Made by a program: the position numbers and the translations under genes. The notes under the pieces were generated by a model. The model made no database searches. It had not been told where the DNA came from and saw nothing but the letters and a program-made list of their open reading frames with translations. From Nemertoderma westbladi (taxonomy: Eukaryota; Animalia; Xenacoelomorpha), in contig JAUCBJ010000668.1 in NCBI GenBank assembly GCA_032718475.1, positions 62,001 through 126,000 on the forward strand: a DNA stretch of 64,000 bases. The letters run 5' to 3'. This document shows, in pieces, positions 39,901 to 51,900 of this stretch (positions are counted from its first letter, which is position 1; each line of letters starts with the position of its first letter).

Positions 39901-42900
39901 TTGTCGACAAGCCGGCACAGCATTCTTAAAAATTCAGCTGCAATGCAGAATGCCGATCCTAGTAGTAGCGCCCGAGTTCTGCTCAAACCAAGTACTTTTC
40001 GACCTTTTAAAGGCATTTTTAAAAATTTCGTCACAATTTCAACCTCAAACTGCGCCGCCTGTTGAAGTTTGCTGCAGGTTGCAGCAAACGTCTTTATATA
40101 TATTTTAAATTGGCATTGAGATTTATTACATTACAAATAATATTTAACTAGAGGTAATTAGGATTCTATACAAAGTTAATATTATGGTATTTACGATTAA
40201 AATCCCCGATATATGCACACCCCGCCCCTCACTTACCGTTTCCGGAACAGCAAACGAGTTGATTGGAATTACTCGGGTGGAATTGAACTTTAGAAATAAT
40301 TCTATGCTGCGACCGTAACGGAGATGTTGATTTACCTCTCAACTGGGATAATATTGTGGACTGATCAGCCGTAACGCAAAACTGTAACTTCGGTTGATTC
40401 TTCTTAATGTTAATACTATCTAAGTTGAGCTGCAATGTAATGAAAATATGTAATAATATTTTGAACTTGAGCACTGATGTATATCTATGCTAACATTAAA
40501 TTATTGTCCAAAGACATTGAGCACTAATGTATCTATGCTTACTCTAATTGGCCAATGATTAGTGATTGAACAACTAGTGATTAGTGATTTTAAAAAAATC
40601 ATTTATTTATCATATGGCCATTTCGTGTATTAACAACACACGTCTTCAGTGATATGTGTTTAAAACGGTCCAGCAAAGTGTTAATCCTTTTAAAATAAAA
40701 AAATGTCCGCTTTGTTCTATCACCCTACAATAGGTTCCAATAATTCCACTAACAACACTATATGCTAATGATTTATGCTATATTTTAATAGGTTGTAATA
40801 GGTACATAGCTGCTACCCGGGGGTAGGGGTGGGAATTACTCATACCCCTTGTTCTGCTCCCAGTAATTCCACTGGTACTAATTTTATCGACCACATGGAA
40901 TTAAATGCTGAGTGGACTTTGGCGGGGCTCGATCCTCCAACCACAACCAATAGATTGCAGGACCGGCCACCCCGCCATATTCAGCTCAAATGTTCAACCA
41001 TATTTGACCATTTGACTAGTTTAGCCAAACAATAAATACAAATCACTACGTAGAATATATCAGGTTGCCAAGGTAACACTCACGCCATCCACACAGTCCT
41101 CCTTCACCAGGGTACCTCCCGGGTAACTCCTTCGGCCATAGTTGCCTGCTGCGTTGCCTGGCAACATCAACGCCTCGTCTTCGGCGGCGGAAAACTTTGC
41201 GATTAATTCTCCGGTAGAGCTGTCCCAGATCCGCACGGTGTTATCGGAACCGCAGCTGGCGAACTTTGCGTCGTCGTGAGAGAATGTGCAACACAATACC
41301 GTGTTGTCGTGGCAAATTCGTACGTCACCTAAAACAATCACGTATATAATATATACCAAACGTCACCTAAAACAAACGTATAACAAGCGTCACCGAAAAC
41401 AAACGTAGTAGAGTATATTACTTGCCATATTTGATATATAAATAAAATATATGAAAATTCCAATATATATTCAATATCCGATTCTTTCATTCACAGATTT
41501 GTTTACTAATTGCAACAATTATAATCTTTGGCAAAAACAATAATAAGTCGGTACTCTTATTGATTTGTTGTGTATAATTATTTAATAGTCAGCATACAAT
41601 TACTATAATAAGACAAATAGAAGTCTTCTAAAATGAACTTATTTTATTTGGGGCAGTTAAATAACTGCTGTACTGAATGATATACATTCCATATTAAGTA
41701 TTGGATATCTTTAGATGTTGCTACTGATTGAGAGCTGGCCGTGGAGGGTCTTTAGATGTTGGTACTGATGGAGAGCTGGCCGTGGAGGGTCTTTAGATGT
41801 TGGTACTGATGGAGAGCTGGCCGTGGAGGGTCTTTAGATAGATGTTGGTACTGATTGAGAGCTGGCCGTGGATGGTCTTTAGATGTTGGTACTGATGGAG
41901 AGCTGGCCGTGGAGGGTCTTTAGATGTTGACCCTTATTTCTCTTATTTGAATGTGGATACTGAACGATTGGATATTATTAAAATAAATGTTTATTAAACA
42001 TTGGCGGGAAATTCAAACTTCAGCTGCTATAAAAATCGTATTGAATTACAGAATTAGGGTGCATGGCGTTCACACACGTTCCTCAGGCTGTCAGGCGGTC
42101 AGCTGTCAGGCAGTCCGGCGTTCTACTGTTCTATACATTTATAAAACGCCAAGGTCTGAAGCTCTGAAGGTACAGTTCTAAAAAAGAGTTCGGACTGCGG
42201 TAGGCGATGTGTCGGCAGCCCTGTGCCCTGTATGCTGTAGCTGCAAATCTGGAGAGCTGAACAATAACCTTACTGCTTACTGGCGTAGTACTGTAGGCCA
42301 GTAGGCCTACTGTTACCGGTACTGTAATTATGCAGTAGTGATTTCCGAGAAATTATATTGTTTCAATTTATTTTTAAACACATTGATAGATCGTGATGGG
42401 CATTCCATTAGCATTAGGCAGTTAGACGAGGCCGATGCCTACCTTTTCGGGAATAGTATTCCAAATTCAAATCGTATCTACACTGTCAGACTGTATTACG
42501 AAAATGTGTTTCCAGTTGTTTCCGTTTTTAGCATATTATACTGTATGTACTGTAGATGTACCGGTGTAACAGAACATTTTCACTCCCCATGCAGCCATGC
42601 AAATGATAGTAATATTGCTGTATTGATAGTACTGCAGTACTGGTACTATTTGATCCATGTTTTTATTATGGTTATTAAATTGTGCCATTTTATTGTTAAT
42701 TTTAATGGCATAATTGATAATGGTAGTGCGTGCGTAGTGCCTATCGGCTATCGGTACTTGAGCAGCATTAAACCAAATGTCAATCTGTCAATATCAGCCA
42801 GCTAACGTCTGAACGTAGCTAGTAGTCAGTAGTAGTAGTCCTGTAGTCCTTGTTGTTGTTTCGTACCTAATTTATGATGTTGATACTCCACGCCCGGCTG

Positions 42901-45900
42901 CAATCATGTCGACTGCTAATAAAGACACAACGACCAACTCAGAATCCACTGACGAAACTAACAATGCGAACGCTAAAGATTTCAGCTCAGCTGCAAACCG
43001 CAGACACCGACAACGAGATACAGAAGATGGTGTGGCACTCGAGACGCAAGGAGCGGTTAATTAAACCGGACACGGAGTCCACCGCACTCATCCGTCCAAC
43101 GGATTACCAATGGGACGAGTTCCCGAGAGATAAACACGGAATCCCGTTGGACACGCCACGTTACCGCCACTACAAACGCGTCAAATACACCGAGATACTC
43201 ACGTCCCGTTACCATGACTACACGGGCCCGCGACCAATGGACATCCTGCGTCTATGCGCGGTCGCTTCCGGGGTCCTATTGGTCGTCTGCATCGGAGTCT
43301 CCGCGTGGCGTTACGAGGACGCCAAACGAAAGTTCGACGCTAGTATCGCTGCTAACTGTTGCCACGACGACCAGGAATACAAACGAGAATTCATTAAGTT
43401 TTACAACGCGAATAAAGGCGACCCTAACGAGGTCCACCTCATCACTTACGGAATCCTCGCCTACCATTGGTCAGTTAAACTATTTAGCTATGGATTTGAG
43501 GCTATAAAACGCGGGACATTTACGGAACGATTCGATCCATCCCGATGGGATCCCTGGAACTTCTCCCGGCCGTCGCCGCACCCGGAACTCCGACCAGGCA
43601 GCTCGTGGTCTCGCCTCCTGCGTCACCTGTTAGTCCCTCGTCTCCTCCGCTCTAACCACACAATCTTCCTCCTCGTCGTCTCTCTCCTCTTCCATGAGGT
43701 TATGCAACAAGCACCGCCGGTGTTGGATAAGTTCCAGGCCCTCCAGGTGTACCTGTCTGCGACGGTTGTGGCGCAGTGTGGGGGGGAGTGTTTCCGCTAC
43801 ATCCGTCGGACCTTTCCGCCGCGTTTAGGTGTCTGCGGCCCCGCTCCGGGGATGCTCGCTCTCGTCGCCACCGTTGCCTTCCTCCGACCGGACGTCCAGC
43901 TCTGGATCCCCGCCTTCAACCGGAACTACCTGAGTTACACTCCGGTTCCAGCCACCGACCGCCCCTTGTGGCGCTACTTCGACGCCACCGAGTGGCGGTG
44001 GTACCCGACCGCCGGGACCGCATTGAAGGCCGCCGTTGCCACGGAGACCGCGTTGTGTCTCCTAGCAACCACAGGACGTCCCATACACAATCTCTTCTAC
44101 ATAAAGTCCGCTATCCGCAGTCTGCACTCCAGTCACGCCTCCAGACTAACCGCTCTCCTATTCGGGGTCTTCTACGTGGTATTCTTCAGTGACTTTTGTG
44201 CTAATCAACAGGTTACCATAGTAACGCAGTACGATAAACTTAGAGACAGTTTCTCGAACTATAGAACTAAACCGAGTCTATTTAATTCCCATTAGCTTGC
44301 AATTTGTCTTTATCGCAGTTTTACTATAATTTTTAGTTAATGAATTATCGAAGCAAAATGTATACGCAAGATAAAGATTTCCGCTAAGATTATCGACTAA
44401 TTCCTAGCGCCTTTTTTTAACCAGTTACCCGATATGGGTTGGCCATTGAGATAATAGATTATTATAAAATTATCCATAGCATCAAATATGAAAAATAGCA
44501 TTACCAAATTATTCAATTATTATATATTTATATATATATTTAAACATTGAATATTAAATGCAGTTTCATGATTTTATCTTGTGGAATTATTGTTGCTAAT
44601 GATGCTACTATGACCACGACTAACAGCTGTGTGGAGCCGAGCTAGGGTGCCGTGGATCCTTTTATGCTCTAAACGTGTTATTATGAAACTTATGTATCAG
44701 AGTCAATAAATAACGTTTATTCGGTCCAGCTCAAATTATTTAGAAATTACCCTTCGTGATGTTGTATTTGGTTGGTCTGGGACTTTGCGATGCAAAAGAT
44801 ATAACCCTGCGAGGATTGGAGATTGTGCAGCAATGTACCAAGGTCTACCTGGAAGCCTACACATCTATATTGAACTGTGACGTCACAGAATTAGAAAGAG
44901 TCTATAAGAAGAGTATTACCTTAGCAGGTAAAACTGAACGCCCTAAAAATTCCAATTAAATAATTAACCAAATAGGGTCAATTGGTATCATATTTAATGT
45001 GACAAAAATAGACAAAATCGTCAAATCTATACAATCTACCTAATGACCAAATGTCACTAACTGAAGATTTTAACAAAGTGTGGGATAGAATTCAAGGTAA
45101 AAACAACAACAATAACCCTACATTTTTATATTTTTTTCACATGTAAAATATCTAATTATCAACAATTTACGTTCACAGATCGGGAGTTTGTTGAGCAAGG
45201 TAGCGACTCCATGCTCCGAGAGGCTACCACCGAGGACGTTGCGCTGCTAGTGGTAGGAGACCCACTGGGTGCCACAACACACACTGACCTTCTACTCCGA
45301 GCCAGGGAGCTCAAGGTCCCATACACACTGGTACACAATACCAGTATACTGACCGCGGTTGGTTGCTGTGGGTTACAGCTGTACCGGTACGGCGAGACAG
45401 TTTCGCTACCTCTCTGGACTGACCAATGGAAGCCGACCAGTTTCCACGACCGACTTGTAGCCAATCACACGCGAGGACTGCACACACTCTGTCTGCTCGA
45501 CATTAAAGTTAAGGAGCAGAGTGTAGAGAACCTAATTAAGGGTCGAAAAATATACGAGCCTCCAAGATATATGACCTCACAACAGGCTGCAAGACAGATT
45601 CTAGAATCGGCAGTAGAGAGGGGGGATGACGTCATTACACCTAAGTAAGTCCTGTTGTACGACATCATCATATATTGGTCTCGCAAATAGAAAGAAGAGT
45701 TATATTTGATTAACTTTTGGTCGATTTGTAAAACAATAGATAGAATATAATTTAACTTTTACGATTAAATAAATTCCCATAATATTTTTACATTATTCCT
45801 TTCTCGTTTCAGCACTCTCGCCATTGGTCTCGCACGGGTCGGTCTACCTGATCAGAAGATCGTGTTCGGTAATCTAACTCAACTATCAGACTACGATATG

Positions 45901-48900
45901 GGAAAACCTTTACACTGTTTGGTTATTCCAGCACCAGAACTTCACGATTTAGAACTACAATATATTGAAGAATATAGAATAAGTAAATTAGGTTAATAAA
46001 AAGATTTACATCCCAGAATTTATTGTAATTTTTCAATTAACACTTTCAGACATTGATTAATTTAATGGTTAAATACATGAAAGTTAGTTAAGTACATACT
46101 CAATAAGTTAAAGATTTACTTTCAGTTTAGATAGAGGTGTGATGTGACATTGTAATGAGTTTCAATGTATATTGAAGGCAATATTATTCCAGGGTCGGAA
46201 ATTGGAATAATTTGAGGCAAATATAATTATTTCTACGTAAAATCAGACAGTTTATATGAAATCGATTCAATTTTAAACTTCACTTTGATTTCTGAGTAGA
46301 TTGAAGTCGTTCATACAAAGGGTTCATCAATCAATATATTTCTGTAAGTTGTTGATTTGTTTTTGAACCACTGCGATCGACTGAGACCACTGTGTAATAC
46401 GCGGGAGGTGCGACGGATACCTTACTCACTGACTCGCACCTTCTCTGCCTTCTCGCCGACTCTTCTCGGTTTCTTTTGAAGTACATCAGGAAGAGGACGA
46501 CAGGCACGGCACCGAACGCAATGAGGAGACAACTAACCACCATGATGACAACCAATCGCAACTTCTGCGACGAGACATTATTCGCCTCAACTATAGCGAA
46601 ACGAATAACCACACTGTCGACTTTTTTATTTCCTAACGTTTTCCCATTGTTATCCGCGTGGCTACCCGGCCTGACTTCCGCAACGTAAACCCCGTAATCT
46701 TGCTCCGAACTCACCGTTATTCTGCTCGACTCCCTGACGACTGTGCGGTTCCCACGAGGCCCCTCGATCGAGTAAACCATGTCGTAATCTTTCACAGTGC
46801 GAGTGAACCCGGGCCGAGTCACGGCTTGCCATTCTAGATTCAGCACCTCGCCGAACTGCACCGCTAAAGTGACACCGGAGAACACGACAACGGACCCGTT
46901 GCCACGGGAGACAACCAACTTGAAGACCTGAACGAACAGCTTTTTGACGTTGGTGTACTCTTCACCAACGCGTTCAGTACAGATTAACATCTGACTGAAG
47001 TACAACTTGGTAGTGAGATGTTTATCAGTAGTAATCTGTTCTCCTAACTCGTTGATCCAAATAAGTTCACTCTCACGTCGCCTTTCATCCAAGTCGCATG
47101 TATCCAAATCGCTCACGAAACCGGGTTTACGCAGGAATACTAGAATCTTTCCGACTTCCAATTTCGTCACATTCGCTTTGTGGTACAGATCCACGGAGCA
47201 AGAATCCCGCGAGTGGACACAGGAGAATTCAACACCTCTGTAGTGAGATTCATTGGTAATAACCTCGGTCACGTATCGAACACCTGATTGGTCGTTATCT
47301 GGCAGTTTTGTCCAATTAGCAATTGGCACGCCTTCCAGATAGCCATGGACTGTTTGCCCCGTATCCTGTGTCTCATGTTCGAGGTTTAGCAGTCCGCATT
47401 CGAGTTTCACCGTCTGATTAGTAGTAAAGTGGCAAAACTTAGAGGAACTTTCTCCATCCACGCTACAACTGCATTGTAATGCACTGCCGTTAGCCCTCAC
47501 TACACCCACAAACAGGGCCACCAAAATATCAATTAGTGCTATCACTTTCATAATAGGCTCGACATGAATTTGTCTTGGCCTTTGTATTTTTATAGTTCCT
47601 TAAATTGAATTACAAGTCGACATTCTAGAACCTACAATATTGGAGTAGCTGTAGCAACAATTCATAGCGTCAATAAATAATCTACTAACTGTTGGGTTTA
47701 GGTAGAATAATTCTTCCTGATTCTGCGTCACATATCTTTATAGAATAATCATCACCACCAGATATAAATAGAGATCCGTTATGAGAGAACCTGGCGCAGT
47801 GAACTGGTCCATCGTGGTGCTTGGTTGATAGCTGTAGGGGTTGCGATGGGTCTCTGAAATAATTAATTTAGTCATTAATGAAGTATTGAAAAGTAAGTTT
47901 GTAAGTAAGTTGTAGTTTACACGACGGGCAATCTTATTCAAAACCTAATAAAAATATTTAATTGAATTTGAAAGCAAACCAAACAGCATTTACATAAATG
48001 TGTGTGTTTTAGCAAGGACTTAATTTATAATAATTATTCATAACATTGCACTTAATTCCACTGTAGTTTTTTTAAGGGCTGATTTTTCTCGTTTTCGTTG
48101 ATTTTAATACTGAATGTATTCAATTTTTTCTTCGGGCATATGCTACGTTGGCCTTCATATTTTCGGTAATTAGTGATTTTTTTCAATTGTGGCATTAGTG
48201 TATTTAATGGTAGCTACTACTTAAAAAAACACACAAATGCGTTGATAGTAAATAACATAACAAATAAATATTATTTGGTGCTGCTTCACGTGTAGATTGA
48301 CAATCCACTAAAGTGAAAGTTTCTCTGTGGAATATAGAGGGTTACCAAACTATCACAACTCACATTCCCGAGAATGAACTCCTGGATAACTCCGATGTAC
48401 TTCTTTTTACAGAAACTTTATGTTGCAACATGAATGCAGCCTCAAATAAAAGTCATTATTCGTTTATAGAACCAGCAGTAAAACCACGCCGCGGCCGACC
48501 GCATGGAGGACTAATGATATTATGTAAACCTGAACTGAATCCGTCTTTTGTGAAATCTAAAGAATCGTATGTAGTAATTAAAACACTGATTTACTATTTC
48601 TTGGTATTTTACTTTACTCCAAACTCTCCAGTCGAAGAGATTCTATTGACAGTAAATGAGGCGAGGCATTATCATATACATACCCAGTGCTATCGATTGT
48701 TATTGGAGGCGATTTCAATTGTCGGCTTGATGCTGTGTGCATTATGACGGAAAGGAAATAGAGATCTGCAATAAATATGAGTATCTTGGGATTGTTATGC
48801 AACAGTCACTGTCGTTTTCAAAGCACATCGATCAGAAGAAGAGGAAAGCTTTCTCTGCAATAGGATGTCTAAGACACTTGCCACTTATTTCCATCGAAAC

Positions 48901-51900
48901 TGGGATGAAGATAACCACTCCGAAAATAGACCCAATGTTCTGCTACGCTTTTCAAGAAATAGTCCCCTTTTTCACTCTGACGAACCTCAAACAACTGGAT
49001 AAAGTGAAATTCACCTTCCTAAAACGTCAACTTGGTTTATCAAAATACTCCTCGTCCACCTTAGCTATGAAGATAGTTGGTTGTAAATCATACGTAGAAA
49101 ACCTAAATTTGAAATATCCGTGAATTTTTGATCAAACGGTGTTAGAACAATATAGGTTAAATAGACGACAGAGGAGGAATCGTTTAGCGACAACAACTTC
49201 TTAGAAGGACCGGCATTTACCTCGCAGGGTTGGAGCGCCCCGGGCCAAAGGAACCGGCATAGTATTATGAGGGCCACCGCCCATGGCTTCCACTGGAAAC
49301 TATGTAGTGACATAACGCCATTTCACGAACTGGGCCCAACCTGTTAGGTAAATACTGTGGAGGCAGTGCGAGTGAGAGATATCACTTATTTAGCTGTGGG
49401 TCCTGTCCAGCTCTCTCGGCTCTGGGAAACTCTTAAGTGAATGAATACAGACCCCCCCCCCCCCCCCCCTCCCCTCTTTTTAACATTTTAGAACCTATTT
49501 TATATTTTAAATTTAAAATTAACTTATACAATCCTAATATTTTAAATACTCTGATTTTAATTTAAATTTAACTATACTCTGATAAATGTCATTTTAATGT
49601 AATAAAGATTAAATTTACCCCGTACGGGGGTGTATATTTCTAAAAAAAAAACATAATAATATACACAAATAACATAACAAATAAATATTATATTGTAGAA
49701 TATTCTTCTTGCTTTTAGAGGTAAATAAATTGAAAATTCAATTTATAATTCAGTAAATTAATTATTTTTTTAACAATTTAATTAACAATTTGTCTGGAAT
49801 TGTGAACATGCCACACAGCTGTACATATTAATAGTACACAAAAAAACACACCAATAATTCACGTTTGGGGGGCTTACTGCTTTAAATTAAATTAATTTTT
49901 TAAACCCTCTATAGCTGGTGTTTGCGGTCATTTTGCGCCATAATCCCCCCCCCCCCCCCCCACCCCCCGCGATTGGCTGTAACACAAAACAGCGGTAGCC
50001 GTATGCTAAGCTTGTTTTACTTCGTAGTTCGCCCCTAAAACACCTAGCCATTTATGACTGTTACCTAGCAACCTAAACACGGGGGAAATTTAAAACGTTT
50101 ACGACGTTACCAATTAGGCAAACTACAGTACCGGTACTGGTTATGCCTGACTGAGACTGACCAGACAGCCAACTATCCGACCAACGCTGAGTTGTGCAAA
50201 CACCCCGAATAATTAGCAACAATAAAATCATTAGTAGATTACAATGAATCACCACCGCAGGTTGGAGGTGTGCGGCACGCGGCCTCCGTACCGGGACGGA
50301 CGCCGTGAACGCGCCGTCAAGGTGTTTACCGTCGCCGACGAATCTCTCTACCTACTGGTCCATCGTGTCCCTACAGTAGCGCCTATAGAGGACCTCCTAA
50401 AACTCTTTGGTAAATTTGGCAACATCTCGCACCACGAACGGAGAGAACAAGAGTTATCCACCACAGACAACGAGTTCACACAGACGTTCCTTATAAAGTT
50501 CTCGAGTTTACTCGGAGCTGGGTTCGCTCGGCGACGACTCGACGACTTTAACTTCTTCGGTGGATTCATCCACGTCACTTACGCCCCGGAACTGGAGTCT
50601 CTTGCAGAAACGCGCGATAAATTCTTAACTCGTTCTCGTCGGGTTGTCCATCACATAGAGCGGCTCCGTCGGGAAAAGGCGGGAAATTTGAATAGCGGAG
50701 TTCGAGGGAAGAAAATAACTGGAGAAGGTGGTCGGTTAATCTCGAGAAAACGCGATAAAAATTCATCGGTATTGAACAAAAATGTTCCTTTGCAACGTCC
50801 GACAAATACGTCCGACTCTACGACCGATTCTAATGCACTGGAAATAGCGGAAACATCCGAAGTATATTCCCGCAAGGAAACATCCTCTCCAAGGACTCCC
50901 ATTCCGCCAATACTTGATGTTGCACTTAATCCTCGAAACAATGTAAACCCTCCGGCTATTGGTCACGCTGTCGACCAATCAAAGTACTCCGCCTACCACG
51001 GCGGTGATAGACTATTGACAAGTAAAATCCAACCTAAAGCTTTTACGCTTACCGAAAACAATTCGGTTACTATTGTTACTGGAAAGGTTAAGAGACCTAA
51101 TAAAGTACAAAAGAGTAATCGGGGTGGACACAATAGGGGGTGTTGGAGCTGGAGGAAACGGGAGGTTTCGGATCACAAGATAGATCCCAACCAGACAGTA
51201 GGAAAGTCGGACAAAGTGTCAGACCCCAATCGGTCTATCGGAAAGTCACACAAAGTGTCAGACCCGCGTCTATTCCTACCACGTATTTTATCTCTCAGCA
51301 GCAGGAAACACCCATAGAAATAGTCACTTATTTTATGTGAATATCGAAACATTACAGTTACACGGCAGTTTGAATGGGTTAGAGGTTATGTGATATTTAT
51401 TTGTTATTACAGTTTAGCTTATAAAAAATAGTGGAGCGAGCCACGAAAGTAAGCGAGCTTATTATATGGCTACCACTATCTCAACCTGGGTGTCGTGTCT
51501 ATCGGTCGGTTTGTCTGTATGTCTAATCTTTGAAATGTTCTCCTCAGGAACACTCCATTTCCTTAAAGTAGTAGGGTTCTATGAAAAAAAATTCAGATAT
51601 CGAAAGATTCCGTACAGACAGACTTCTACAGGTCGTCTGTCGGCAGCAATGGGGGTTACATGTCTAAATATTAAATATCCTCCCTTTTCTTTACTTTTAA
51701 TCCGTTCAAGCAGAATGCGTCACGATATATATGTACTACCTAATGAAGTTGATAATACATTTCATACCTCATGGTGTGAAGTAGCACTTTTATTACGTAT
51801 TACAGTCGGGTAGGTTGCTCTCGTCTATATTAATATGTGAGTGACCCCAAAAAACTTATGATTTATAAAACGAGTTATACTGTAACATAAGGTGTCCGAT

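Noticed and set aside
15775-41359. A stand-alone WD40-only gene starting near 41359
   Set aside because: Phase-compatible upstream exons at 47853-47690 and 56474-56310 continue the Apaf-1 alignment into HD2.
42338-42805. 155-aa ORF upstream of the PARL-like gene
   Set aside because: GTG start, AT-rich composition, no recognisable motif; probably promoter or UTR sequence.
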